Assembly: GCA_951406725.2 (NCBI GenBank) | Contig: OX597820.1 | Coordinates: 93,372,001 to 93,436,000, forward strand | Length of the DNA stretch: 64,000 nucleotides | From: Octopus vulgaris | Taxonomy: Eukaryota | Direction of reading: 5' to 3' | In this document: positions 25,395 to 38,980 of the stretch, one piece after another | Layout: each line of letters starts with the position of its first letter | Numbering within the stretch: position 1 is the first letter of the stretch | The notes under the pieces: generated by a model | Told to the model about the DNA's origin: nothing | Databases searched by the model: none | What the model saw: the letters and a program-made list of their open reading frames with translations, nothing else | Translations under genes and position numbers: made by a program

Positions 25395-25690
25395 AATTAC
25401 AGGGGTTGAAGAGTTTGTAATACTTATGGCTTCTGGGGAAATGTTTCTTTATTAACGACAGGAAGCCCTTGGCTACACTGGTAAAAACTTTTTGGTTAAA
25501 TAGGGGGTTATGCCAGATTATTTTCTTTTTCCTAATTCTCTTGGGGTGAGGAGAGGGGGTTTGGGGTTCATCCACATATGTGAGCTTCTCAGAAAATCTG
25601 CTCCTAGCCAAAGCATTGTTGTAGTGGGGGATGGCCCTATTAAAGATCTCTGTGTTGGCTGAGAGTTTAGGCACCCATTTTGCTAATAAG
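25395..25690 (-). mobile_element. Penelope-like element RT-to-GIY-YIG linker fragment, inverted relative to 25000-25300
   Basis: LSANTEIFNRAIPHYNNALARS...RKKKIIWHNPLFNQKVFTSVAKGFLSLIKKHFPRSHKYYKLFN. Confidence 0.8.
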
Positions 25691-27019
25691 TACAAGGTTT
25701 TAAAAAAATAAGTCCTGGGGTCAATTTGTTTGACTAAAGCTCTTCAAGTTGGTGCCCCAGCATGGCTGCAGTCAAATGACTGAAATAAGTAAAAGATAGA
25801 TCATTGACTTCGAAGTTATTGTGTAACAAAAAATAGGCCTTTCTGCAATAGCTAAAAGGCCCAACATTTTGAAGGAGTAGGGCTAATTGATTACATTACC
25901 CTCGGTGCTCAGCTGGTGATTTATTTTATTGATCTTGTAAAGATGAAAGGCATAATCAAAACCTCAGCAGAATTTGAATTCAGAATATAAAGACAGATAA
26001 AATGCCACAAAACATTTTGTCCAATATGCTTATAGTTCTGCCAGCTCACCATTTTAATTTCTTTAATATTCAGATTACTCAGTCAAATGTAATGCTTTTT
26101 TATTTATGTTGCTTTGAGTTAATCATGCATTATCTTGTAGCTTTGAGAATGGGATTGTTTATTTTTAGAATGACAGTGCAAGAGGCTGGATTTGGCTAGT
26201 TTGAACATAAGACAGATAAAATATTTGAGGTTGATACGGTCCTTTTAAATGTTAAACAATTAAAACAAATGATAAATCCTTTTGGCATTCATTGCACAGA
26301 TTTACATAATAATGGTCATAGTTACTTTCTACAGCTTGATATGGCATTTTTATTGCAGAGTACATCTCACTCACTGACAGCTTTTCACTGCATCTGTTTG
26401 AAAGTTAGTTAAACATAAGGACATAAAAATCTAGACATCATAGAAATGTAGACATCATTAGTCAACCTCAGGTTCTTTTCTTTTGACAGTTTACAATCTA
26501 GAATATATTACGCACCATTATAACTTTTCTACCTGTTTTACTTTCAAAATAAAAAAAAAAAGTGTACTCTTGATCTATAAAAACATTGATATTTGTAAGT
26601 TTGTCTCGAAACAATGTTGCTGTTTCTCAAAAAGATGCAGATGTAACCCAGAATAATGCATGAACCAAAACCTCTTGGGCTCAATGTTCCCTGGAAGTCA
26701 AACAGGGTTGAGTCAAGATAAAAGATGTAGAAAGACTGACATGTATAATGGAGAGGTAGTTGAGTAAGAGGTACAAAAACAAATGCAGATTGTCACATCA
26801 AATTGTTTTTCTTTCTCCTTCAGTCTTTTTTCAACATTTCTCTCTCTGTCTCTCTCTCTCTTTCTCTTGTATCTATATCTATTGCTCTCTCTTAATTTCT
26901 ACCTCTTTCTCTCTATTTCTCTACCTCTTTCTATTTATCTCTTTTTCTGTGGTGTGTGTATGTATATATATATATATAGATCGCTCGCCACTACACATTC
27001 TTTATTTTCTCTCCTTGTT

Positions 27020-27057
27020 TCTTTCTGTGGAAGAGCGTAGGCTCGAAACATTAAAGA
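27020..27057 (+). ncRNA. Decayed minimal hammerhead-like motif in a short element between (TA)n tracts
   Basis: tcttt-CTGtgGA-a-gagc(gtag)gctc-GAAAC-att-aaaga: stem I 5 bp, stem II 4 bp, core mutated. Confidence 0.55.
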
Positions 27058-27142
27058 CTTTTTCACTTCCAGAGTGTTATACTAATACATCTGTTCGTTG
27101 TCTACACCACCTGCCTTTGTGTTTTTTTTTTGTGAATTCTCC

Positions 27143-27337
<195 letters not shown>

Positions 27338-30014
27338 CAGTGTTTCCCAAACTTTTCACACCAAATTGCAATATCGCCAACCCATTGGCCAAAAAATGCT
27401 TCATCACCTACCTGTATAAAAATTCCCAGGCACAACCTCCCCAAGACAAAATCCCCCAGGAACCTCACTTCTTTGTATCATTTGACACACACACTATATC
27501 GTAGACTCATTGCCCTGTTAGTACTGTTTGGACTAAATATGCGGTTGTTTACAAATCCCTTATTGTGGGTTTATTTTTGCCATTAGAGTGAATAGAATTC
27601 TAATGTTAACTCTATATTGTGCAGACAGATTAAATTCTGGAAACTTGTGCTTTCTTTTACACTGATTTTCATTTTCCCCAAATGAACCATTGATCAGAAT
27701 TACCAATGCAAAAATAATTAATGATTGTATTAATAAAGAAAAGAATAAAACTCTTCAATGAGAACCGTTTGTCTGGTGCGATGCAGTTAGTGCGGATACA
27801 TTCGGTTTCAAACATGTCAACTTTAGCCACAAGTTTCCTCACTGTGTCACATACAGTCCAATTCTTTTATGAGAAAATAAAGTTCCAGCATGGTTAAAAC
27901 CAGATTCAACCAGGTATGAGGTAAGAACAGCAAGCAAAAGTAATTTCAAATGTTTCCACAGATTGGGGTAGGAATTCAATATGGTACCACAAACCTTCTT
28001 TGCCATTACAGCAATATCGCATTGTGGCATCATTGTCATTTTGTAATTCTATCAATTCCTCCTGAACATCATCCTCACATACTGCATCGACCTCAAATGG
28101 ATTGCTATACCAATTTGGAATATTCACCGCAATAACATCTTCAAATTGCCCCACCATGTTATCGTGCAATGATTGTAAATAGTTGCGATATGTAGCTAAA
28201 TCCTCATCAACCAATTCATCTTACCAAGAATCAAGTTGTGGAAATTGACGGAATTGACATTTTGAAATGTTAGTCTGATACAACACCAATTTCGAAATGA
28301 AAGTAATGATAAATGATTTACTATCAACAAAAGTTTTTCTGTTTCTTTGCAATAACTTATTCAAATCATTTAATTTTGTGAATATATCACAAACAAAATA
28401 GATATCACACCTTACAGCTATCAATGAAGCAGATAGAGGAGGATCTTCAAAGAAAGATATGATTATATGAAACAGTTCAACAAAGCATAAAACACAGTTT
28501 CCTTTTGACAGCCACCGAAATTTGGTATGGCATAAGAGTTTTATATGGTCCTCATCATCTCTCAGACAGAGTTGATGGAAAATTCAATCAGACAAGGGAC
28601 TGGACTTCAATTTGTTCACAGTCTTGATAACTAACTGTAGTGCATCATTCAATCTATCATTCATATTTTTTTCCACTAAATGCTGCTGGTGTGCCAATCA
28701 ATGAACAGTTAGTATCTGGTGGGAAATTTCACACTTTAAGAGAGCTGAAAACCCTTTGTATCTTCTATCATCAAAAGAGCTCCATTAGACGCACAGGTAA
28801 GAATATTACTGAGTGGGATGTTATGTTCAAAAAGAAAAGACATGAGATTGTGAAAAATAAGTTGCACCGTTTGAATCAAGTGGCAATTTTTCTGTGAACT
28901 GCATTTCCTCACAAGGTTGAAGGTCTTCGCTGAAATACCAAACATATGCCATCATCAAAGATTGATTGTCCACAAAAGTTGACATATCCACTTGTATTAG
29001 AAAATTCAGAACGCTGGAGAATATTAATGAGCTGATGTTTGACATCATTGGCCATCTATGCGTCAAGAAGTTGTGAGATCTTCATAATGCTATCGGGTTT
29101 TTTGTGCATAATGGTAGGCAAAGCCTCTTTGATAACTGGGCGAAGTAATGCTTCTCCAATTGTGTGAGACTTCTCAGACTTAGTAACAAGAAATGCAATT
29201 AACTTGCCATTCTCCTGTTTACTAGTTTCCTGGAGTAGCAAGTTGAATGTTTGTACTTGCTTTTTGAAAGAGGAGCTCAGTTGCAAAAAGTATGATAACA
29301 GCTTGTCCTTCTTGTCAGAATACTTTTCATCAAAGTGATACTTCAAGTGTGAAGGTTTCATTACTTCGTTGGTCAATGTTTGATGGCAAAGAAGGCACTT
29401 GGTAACTGACAGTTCTGAGGAGAGAGAATAAATTCAAACAATAAATAATCACTACTGTATTGTCGAAAAACTTTTTTGACCAGAGGCATCAGTAAAGTGA
29501 AAATGTGAAAACAAATTTCAACAGGCAACATCAGAAAGGCAGTATAGTATTCTCAAAGAGAAGAAGTCAATAGAGCAAAGTCAGAAGACACAGTCAATAG
29601 AGCAAAGTCAGATGACATGTCTTTACTGGAACAAATAGGGATCCAGTTCATTTGGGTGCCAGCATTTCAAAAATTAAAGTTTATCAAAAATTTTAAAGTT
29701 TGGCACATTAGTGTACCTTTCCAAGTTAAATTGCTGGAGTTTTCAACTTTTTCCAGAAAAATGTTTTTAAAAGTTTTTTGAGGATTAAAGTTTGATAATT
29801 TTTCTTGACCAGTCAAGAAACACGATTTCAAATCTGTCATTTTGTGCATGACTGCACATATTGTCAACATTCTAAAAGTAGCATTTGTGTTTTGACATGA
29901 GCCCATAGAATTACACACAACATCTAACTGCTCATAACTTTTTTATTTTTGGAGTTTTCCTGTAAGTTGAAATTGCCCACCAGTGGACGAGATTGCCCAC
30001 TTTGGGAAGCTATG
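27338..30014 (-). mobile_element. hAT transposon (Buster/ZBED8-SCAND3-like), near full length, transposase pseudogene about 29489-27755
   Basis: Imperfect TIRs cagtgtttcccaaac / catagcttcccaaag; CLLCHQTLTNEVMKPSHLKYH (BED finger), KSHTIGEALLRP, TSYLVESGF, C-terminus LKLTCLKPNVSALTASHQTNGSH*; many frameshifts. Confidence 0.88.
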
Positions 30015-30100
<86 letters not shown>

Positions 30101-30456
30101 ACACGCACACACATGCATGCAAGTATGTATGTAAAACACTATCATATTTAAAATTCCATGTTTAAAAATCATATCTTCAAAAATGCACAGCATACCATAC
30201 CCAAGACAGAAGAAATTTCATTAGATTGTTTCACATTTGACACTTTAGCATTTAATCTGGCCACATCCAGCCCAAATATTCTATCTGTTTTATGTTAAAA
30301 CTGACCACATCCAACCACTCATACCTACCCTACAATGTCATTCTAAAAATATACAAACACACCATTGAAATCTTGAAGCTACAAAATAATGTGTCATTAA
30401 TTCAAAACAATGTGAATAAATATGCAATACGTTTGGCAGAGAAATCTGAATATTAA

Positions 30457-30672
30457 CCCTTTCATTACCAACCCGACTGAAACCGGCTCTGGATCTGAAT
30501 ACAAATGTTTTGTTTTCATGAGATTTGAATTAAAATCTTCCAACAAACCTTAGTCACAATTTATGTTCCTAACAGTAGCTAAATGATAACAAAGTTATTT
30601 TACTAATTTGTTATATTTAAAGTAATTGTAAGAAACACAGAGCTTCTCAACAGAAATACAGTAACGAAAGGG
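30457..30672. mobile_element. piggyBac-type MITE family 2
   Basis: TTAA|ccctttcattac...gtaacgaaaggg|TTAA. Confidence 0.8.
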
Positions 30673-31406
30673 TTAAAGTACCAATAGAAGTACCCCTCTA
30701 CGTAATAAGTCTTCAGGCAGTTTTTTCTGTTCCTATTTTTGTTTTCAATGCAAGCTTGCTTACAGAATCTTGTCACTCCTGAAAAGAAGACTGTTTTTAT
30801 GGCTGTTTGGTGGAAACTAAAATGCTAAAGAGTTAAATGTTTAATTTCTAAACTATTGAGGATTTATGCTCTCTAATCAAGTAATACCTTTTTATCGTGT
30901 TTTAAAGTATTTCATGCTATATAATAATCAGCAGTTTGGTTAAAAGAGCATTTTCTATCTTCCTTGGTATTTGAAGCCACAACTCTCACTTAACCCTTTA
31001 GCATTCTGAATTTTTTGTCAAAAGTATTGATTATTTAATCAAGTTGTTTTAAATTAATCAGGTATTACCTTGAAGTATTGAGACTTTTATGGTGTGTTTG
31101 AATATTTTTAGAATGACGTTGTAGAGTAGGTGTGAGAAGTTATATCTGATCAGTTTTAACATAAGCATGAATCATGGAACAAACTGCCGGCATCAGTTGT
31201 TAGTTGTCGGAGCACTGCATCCTTCAAAACTTCCATACTTTCTGAGATTCGCCAACACTACACCTGATTTTCTCCCCTCCATACACACACAAGCATGTAT
31301 CTGACTCATACATTATTCGCTTTCCAGACATTTGTACATTACTGTATATACTTTATACGCACTGTCTGAAAAGTTGTGGTGCACCTGTGCACTGTATACA
31401 ATAATT

Positions 31407-31437
<31 letters not shown>

Positions 31438-32292
31438 AAAATAACATAAAATAGGCAAAATATTTGGGCTGGATATGGCCGGTTTAAATGCTGAAGGGTC
31501 AAGCAAATTCATTTAACAATTAGCTGATTGTTCAAGCTGTAATACTGAATAGTGGGGATTGAGCCTGAAATAATATAATTACAATGTGAATTTCATAACC
31601 ACACAGCTTTGCTGCATCTAGTATATAAAGGGCAATTAATAATGACTTCAAAATTTAGATCTCTGACAGTAATCTGCTTAATCAGAGTTTTGTCACTATA
31701 CAACTATCTGTATGATGAGTCAAAGCTGATTAATATGTAGTCTGTTGCTATTTGGCGCAAAGTTAATCCTGGTGTATTAAACGTATTTGCCTAAGGAACT
31801 GCGTAGTGTGAGTAAACCCAAAACCATGTGATTATAAAACTAACTTCCTAACCATACAGTGTATGCCTGTGCTCAGTATAAGTAATATTAGTGAAAGGAA
31901 TTAGTGTAGCAAAAAATAATAATAATAACTATGTTTTTGAAATTCAATTTTGCGTGACACATTTGGTGAACGGAGGACAAAGAACATACAGAACTGGTTT
32001 TGATATGAGCGAAAGTCACAGAAACAGCCAATTGAAATATAACAAAATAAAAAGAGATATGGAATATCCTGTTAACATGTAAATATGTATTAATAATGAA
32101 GGACATGGAAAGTTCTGAACACAAAAGCTAGTCGTGATTGATTGAACAAGGAAGATATGAGAACGGTTTACTATAGAAAGTTAAATATAGTCAAATGTGA
32201 GATGACTTCTTAATGACAATAAGGTTAAGTTCAGCCAAACATGCGTGGAGAAAATCCTATATGCCAATTTCCTGTGAAGTAAATAAATACCC

Positions 32293-32867
32293 AAACTTAT
32301 TCAAAGGTATTGCATCAGCATGACACAAAATGTGTTCCCTAAAATAAACTAACAAACTTAAAGAGAAAAGATTTACATCATAATGAATATTGATAATAGC
32401 AGGATCCTATTTGATCTGTGATAAATAGGCACAGGAAACTTATTCAAAGGTATTGCATCAGCATGACACAAAATGTGTTCCCTAAAATAAACTAACAAAC
32501 TTAAAGAGAAAAGATTTACATCATAATGAATATTGATAATAGCAGGATCCTATTTGATCTGTGATAAATAGGCACAGGAAACTTATTCAAAGGTATTGCA
32601 TCAGCATGACACAAAATGTGTTCCCTAAAATAAACTAACAAACTTAAAGAGAAAAGATTTACATCATAATGAATATTGATAATAGCAGGATCCTATTTGA
32701 TCTGTGATAAATAGGCACAGGAAACTTATTCAAAGGTATTGCATCAGCATGACACAAAATGTGTTCCCTAAAATAAACTAACAAACTTAAAGAGAAAAGA
32801 TTTACATCATAATGAATATTGATAATAGCAGGATCCTATTTGATCTGTGATAAATAGGCACAGGAAA
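32293..32867. repeat. Tandem repeat, 4 x 143 bp, apparently identical units
   Basis: Units start at 32293, 32436, 32579 and 32722 (aaacttattcaaaggtattgc...ataggcacagg). Confidence 0.95.
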
Positions 32868-34669
32868 GTTGGTGCCCCAGCATGGCTACAGTCCAGTGTC
32901 TGAGACAAGTAAAAGAATATAGAAATATCATGAATATTCCGGAAGTCAATCCAGACTAAGAATGCATGAAAAATATTTAAGTGTCACATATTGGGTGCCG
33001 TATGCAAAAAATTCCTAATCAAAAAAAATTTCCCTCAGAGTTAGGCGCAGGAGTGGCTGTGTGGTAAGTAGCTTGTTTACCAACCACATGGTTCCGGGTT
33101 CAATCCCACTGCGTGGCACCTTGGGCAAGTGTCTTCTACTATAGCCTCGGGCCGACCAAAGCCTTGTGAGTGGATTTGGTAGACGGAAACTGAAAGAAGC
33201 CCGTCGTATATATGTATATATATATATGCATGTGTGTGTTTGTGTGTCTGTGTTTGTCCCCCTAGCATTGCTTGACAACCGATGCTGGTGTGTTTATGTT
33301 TCCGCCACTTAGCGGTTCGGCAAAAGAGACCGATAGAATAAGTACTGGGCTTACAAAGAATAAGTCCCGGGGTCGAGTTGCTCGATTAAAAGGCGGTGCT
33401 CCAGCATGGCCGCAGTCAAGTGACTGAAACAAGTAAAAGAGAAAGAGTTGGAGAAAGACAAGCAAATATAATTGGATAATTAATTTTTACAAATATAAAA
33501 ATATGTGTAAGTGGTATATAGTTTACTTCCCAACCACATAGTTCCAAGTACAGTTCCACTGCACAGCACCTTGGACAAATGTCTTCTATTATAGCTCCAG
33601 GCTGACCAAAGCCTTGCAAGTGGATTTGATCAGTGGAAACTGAAAGAAAAATCATTATCTGTATCTTTATCTATATCTATCTATTTATCAATCTATATAT
33701 CTATATATATATATGTCTTTGCGTCTGTGTTTGTCCCTTAACATCACTTAATATGCTCTGTTGGTTTGTTTACGTACCCATAACTTAGCAGTTCAGCAAA
33801 AGAAACCAATAAGGATAAATATCAAACTTTAAAGCAAATAAGTACTGGGGTTGATTTGTTCAACTAAACCCTTCAAGGAGTAAGTGCCCCAGCATGGCCT
33901 CAGTCCAATGACCGAAACAAGTAAAAGATAAGAGAAAAAGCTAAAGGATTTGGCAGGCTTGATAAATAAACAGAGTATAGTATGCTGATCAATTCTAATA
34001 TATTACTTTCAAATTTTGGCACAAGGCCAGTAATTTGAGGGGAGTGGGTGAAACGATTACGTCAACCCCAGTGTTTAACTGGTGCTTATTTTATCAACCT
34101 CAGCTGAATTTGAACTCAGAATGTAATGATGGATGAAGTACTGCTAAGCATTTTGCCCAGTGTACTAACAATTCAACCAGCTTGCTGCCTTGATCAATTC
34201 TAATATACTAAAACAAATTCATAGTTATTTGGCCACTACCTGCAAAGATTAGACGTTTCTTACTCTTAAGCATCTGAATTTGAAACATTAATTATATCTT
34301 CTCAATTCGGCGAGAAGGCGGCGAGCTGGCAGAAACATTAGCACACCGGACGAAATGCGTAGCCGTATTTCGTCTGTCGTTACGTTGTGAGTTCAAATTC
34401 CGCCGAGGTCGACTTTGCCTTTCATCCTAACGGGGTCGATAAATTAAGTACCAGTTACGCACTGGAGTCGATGTAAACGACTTAATCCCTTTGTCTGTCC
34501 TTGTTTGTCCCCTCTATGTTTAGCCCCTTGTGGGCAATAAAGAAATATATATCTTCTCAATTATTCCCTTTTCCTTAAGGTATGTTGTTAATAATTACTG
34601 CAGTGGTAAATTTCTTTTCTCAACTAAGAAGAAAAATTTTTTTAAGTGTGTGCATGTGTGTGTGTGTGT

Positions 34670-34718
<49 letters not shown>

Positions 34719-34908
34719 TGTGTGTGTGTGTGTGTGTTAAATTCAATTTATTAATCCTTAACTTATTTCTCCAACTTCAAGCCACTGGTCCATTTCATTT
34801 ACTTCCCTTAGCTCATTTTTTTGTTTTTTTATTTGGACAAAAATTATTTGTTATTCTTTCTATATGTAAAATATTTGTCAACTGATCAAGTAACTTTAGT
34901 CAGACTAT

Positions 34909-34948
34909 ACTTTGCTGATGAGGTCTAATAAAGTGAAACATCCATAGT
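34909..34948 (+). ncRNA. Decayed minimal type-I hammerhead-like motif
   Basis: actttg-CTGATGA-ggtctaataaagt-GAAAC-ATC-catagt: stem I 5/6 bp, no stem III loop, stem II eroded. Confidence 0.55.
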
Positions 34949-35687
34949 TATCCCTTATGAGCAAAGATCAGCTTTATCTTAACCTAAATTAACTTAGCCA
35001 CTTGAAATTAGTTCCTCTTTTCCTTTGAGTGTTGCAAGTACTTGCCACTAGCTTATGGATTTTCTTTTTCAAACCATGAGAAATTTCAATCAATTAATAA
35101 AATAAATTGTACATACAGCACTGAATACCATAAATCAATATTTAACATTCATGCCATTGGTCTATTTCAGATATTTCCCTTTGTTCATTTTATTAGGGAA
35201 AAAAAAAATATTCATTCAAATTTAGTATTCATATTTGGAAATTTGGAATATTGTTCCCACATCAGGAATAGTTCTGCTACTACATGTGTAGGCATCCTAG
35301 ACCAATGTTACCCAACCTATTTTCCCTCAGGCCTCACTATAACTTTCCAGAAAAATGTATGCCCCACCAGTAGTAGGAAAAAAAAAACTTTATTTTTTAG
35401 ATTTTATTACAATTATTTAATACAAAAGAATCTACCGGTAACCCTTTTCTTAAGTACTATTGTATCATTTATCTCTTACTTGTTTCAGTCATGAGTCTTT
35501 GGCCATGCTGGGGCACTACCTTGAAGAATGTTTAACAGAATCTATCGACCCCAGTACTTTTTTTAAGCCTGGTACATATTCTATTGGTTTTTTTTTGCTG
35601 AACTTCTATGTTACAAGGTTGTAAACACACCAACACTGGTTATCATGCAGTGGTGGGGGACAAACACAGACATACACACACACAGAG

Positions 35688-35906
35688 GAAGGGGGTGCTA
35701 AAAAGTTGCTGGCTTTAAGGGTATCATGAAAGATGAAAGGCCTGGTTAGAGGCCTAACCTACCCAGTTCTTTTACAGGGCTTAGAAAAACTGAATGCTGC
35801 AATAAGTGTATGAATCTAAGAGGGGGTCATGTTCAATAAAATCAGAATTAACTGATCCTCCTGTATTTTCTTTCACCCAAAGCCAGGAATTTTTCAGTAC
35901 CCCTTC

Positions 35907-35908
<2 letters not shown>
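35688..35908. mobile_element. Tc1/mariner-type MITE (partial inverted copy at about 38103-38300)
   Basis: TIRs gaagggggtgctaaaaagttgctggcttt / aaagccaggaatttttcagtaccccttc. Confidence 0.75.
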
Positions 35909-35935
<27 letters not shown>

Positions 35936-35937
<2 letters not shown>

Positions 35938-36571
35938 CTAATAAAAAGGGTTCAGCAAAGAATTGCTTCACCACACACCGAAGCTCAGAAATAGCAGCCA
36001 AAAATCTTAGCTATTTCTTCTACTTTAAAAAGGGTCATCCAGAGAAACCAAAATACTTGAAGGTTATTCACACAGGCAGAGAGTAAAGCAACAAAACTCA
36101 ATCAATATCTGGTCGTCCGTGGCGGTGCTAACATTGAACATGAGCAGTCTAATGCCGTTAGGTGGAAAGATTCATTCAAATATTCTAGTACCTTCGAATT
36201 ATCACGGGAAACCATGCTGATGAAGAATATGGTTAGTAAAGTATATTTTTTTATATTCTTTATGAAAAACCTAATTCAGAAACGCACGTCCATGGACAAC
36301 CAGATATTGATTGAGTTTCGTTGCTTTACTCTCTGCCTGTGTGAAAAACCTCCAAGTATTTTGGTTTCTCTGGAAGACCCTTTTTAAAGTAGAAGAAATA
36401 GCTAAGATTTTTGGCTGCTATTTCTGAGCTTCGGTGTGTGGTGAAGCAATTCTTTGCTGAACCCTTTTTATTAGTATTACTTAAGTTTACCATGAAACAG
36501 TCCTGTTTTCATACTGAATTCTACTTGGTGAAATTAATGATTACTTCTTAATTAATTAATTTTACCCGTTG

Positions 36572-36572
<1 letters not shown>
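35936..36572 (+). mobile_element. Non-coding fold-back element (187-bp inverted arms 35936-36122 and 36290-36476) in (TA)n; probable Penelope-type inverted pseudo-LTR
   Basis: Arms differ at 6 positions by my count; spacer holds an HHR; (TA)n on both sides. Confidence 0.8.
36212..36295 (+). ncRNA. Type-I hammerhead ribozyme-like motif with intact core
   Basis: ccatg-CTGATGA(36217-36223)-a-gaat...attc-a-GAAAC(36279-36283)-gcac-GTC(36288-36290)-catgg. Confidence 0.75.
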
Positions 36573-36613
<41 letters not shown>

Positions 36614-37454
36614 GCACAGGAGTTGCTGTGTAGTAAGTAGCTTACTTACCAACCACATGGTTCCGGGTTCAGTCCCACTGCGTGACACCTTGGACAAGTG
36701 TCTTCTACTATAGCCGCAGGTCGACCAAAGCCTTGTAAGTGGATTTGGTAGACGGAAACTGAAAGAAGCCCGTCGTATATATGTATATATGTGTGTGTGT
36801 GTGTGTGTGTGCGCTTGTGTGTCTGTGTTCGTCCCCCCAAAAATGGCTGGTGTGTTTACGTACCCCCGTAACTTTGCGGTTCAGCAAAAGAGGCTGATAG
36901 AATAAGTACAAGGCTTATAAAGAATAAGTCCTGGGGTCGATTTGCTCGACTAAAGGCGGTGCCTCAGCATGGCCGCTGTCAAATGACTGAAACAAATAAA
37001 AGAATATCTGTGACTGTATGTTGAAACTAAAATCAGTGCAATGTGGAAGGTACATACAATAGCCCTTCAAAAACACTCAAAGACTGTTAGCTTCACGTAA
37101 TCATTATTTGATGTTAAAATTTTCATTGCACAAACTATGAGCTGTTCATAGATATGATTCCACAGCACCTCAACTTGTTTTTTTTTATCAAACTTGTTTA
37201 CTATGAATAAAATATCTATTTACATTATATCTTCTATCCTTTACTTGTTTCAGACGTAAGATTGTGGCCATGCTGGGGCACTGCCTTGAAGAATTTTTAG
37301 TCGAATGAATCATACCTAGTCCTTTTTTCTTAAGCTGGTACTTATTCTGTCTCTTTTACCAAACAGCTAAGTTATGTGTCATAAACACATCAACACTGGT
37401 TATCAGGTAGTGGTGGTGGTTGACAAAAACACACACACACACACACATTTGGAA

Positions 37455-37790
37455 GCTCTGGATACCCAGAATACAATGGAGATGTTTGTAAACACAATCA
37501 CCAGAAGTGTTCCATTTAACTAGTATATAGTGCATTGCAGCATTTGCATATGATACAATAGATGATGTATGCAGAAGTGTAGCTATATTTTGGGGTAGAT
37601 ATTTCAAAGTATTTTGAACAGTGTGGCTAGGGAACATGGAGAAGATTATAGTGGATTTGTAGTCTGTAAAATGAAAAGAATATTTAGAATATATGTGGGA
37701 ATCTGTGGGTTTATAGTATTCAGGGATGGATGGGTAGATGTTGTTGATAGTGACTGGCAGCAAGAAAGTTTACTGAAGAGTCCAATATAC
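37455..37790 (-). mobile_element. Internally deleted Penelope-like fragment (RT thumb joined to GIY-YIG)
   Basis: YYKPTDSHIY (PLE VYxKPTDSHxYL) followed by TSSIVSY...SGDCVYKHLHCI (resembles LGDRFxEHLRSI). Confidence 0.6.
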
Positions 37791-38945
37791 AAAAAGTGAA
37801 TTCTAATGCAGACCAAAAGAAGTAAGTATAAAAGAAAAAAAGAGTTTAACCCTTTAGTATTTAAACCGGCCATATCTGGCCAAAATATCTAATCTGTTTT
37901 ATGTTCAAACTGACCAGATCCAGGCCCTCACACTTACCCTACAATGTTATTCTACATTAAGTAATTACACCATCAAGATCTTGAAGATATGAGATAATGC
38001 ATGATTAATTCAAGTCAATGGGAATCAATAAGCATTATGTTTGATAGAATAATCTGAACACTAAAGGGTTAAATCATCTCTGATGAGATAATTGGTCCCA
38101 ATGTACAAGGGGATGCTGAAAAGTTCCTGGCTTTGGGTAAAAGAAAATACAGGAAGCTCAGTTAATTATGATTTTACTCAACATATTCCACTTTTGGATT
38201 CACACACTTATTGCAGTGGTCCTTCAGTTTTTCTAAGCCCTGTAAAAAAAAACTCAGAAGATTGGGTTTCTAGCCAGGCCTTTTGTGATACCCATAAAGC
38301 CCTTGTAGGTGTCAATATAGCAAGTGAATAAGCTCTGAAGTAGGCCCAGTGAAATGAGCAAAAATATGGACCTCAATATTGCCTACAAAATAGCTGGAGG
38401 CCAATCTTTGGATCCAAAAATAAACACCTGATAAAAATCACAAGAGAAAGTGAAACAATCCAATATAAGAAGTTCGGTTCGGCAGAAAAGAGTGCTTGGT
38501 GAGTCAGACAATTCAGAGAATACTGTAAAGCTGATAGACTTGTTATGTGAGATAAATTGTTAAGGTTTCACATCCTTGATAAAGTGAATTTTAGAATATC
38601 TAGATGGGAAAGAGAACACATTGAAAAGATTTAGGGCGTAGTTGGTGGACTTATAATAGAAATTTTCTCAAATAAAATACAATGAATTCTTTTATTGTTT
38701 ATTTTTTACTTGTTTCAGCCAGTAGACTGCAGCCAAACTGGAACAATACCATAAAGAAATTTTAGTTAAATTTATCAATCCCGGGACTTACTTTTTAAAG
38801 TCTAGTACTTATTCTATTGATCTCTTTAACCAAACCACTAAGTTACAGGAACGTAAACACACCGGTTGTCAAGCAGTAGTGGCAGGGACAAACACAGACA
38901 CACTCAGATACACTCAGATACATACATACATACATGCATGCACGC

Positions 38946-38980
<35 letters not shown>

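Noticed and set aside
32293-32867. CRISPR-like or retrozyme array
   Set aside because: Eukaryotic context, no unique spacers and no CUGANGA/GAAA core in the unit
33044-33120. tRNA gene (A/B boxes)
   Set aside because: It is the head of a multicopy SINE and continues into the SINE body; no convincing cloverleaf
38332-38360. Hammerhead-like gctCTGAAGtaggcccagtGAAATgagc
   Set aside because: A9 displaced, no stem II and no NUH triplet; compatible with chance
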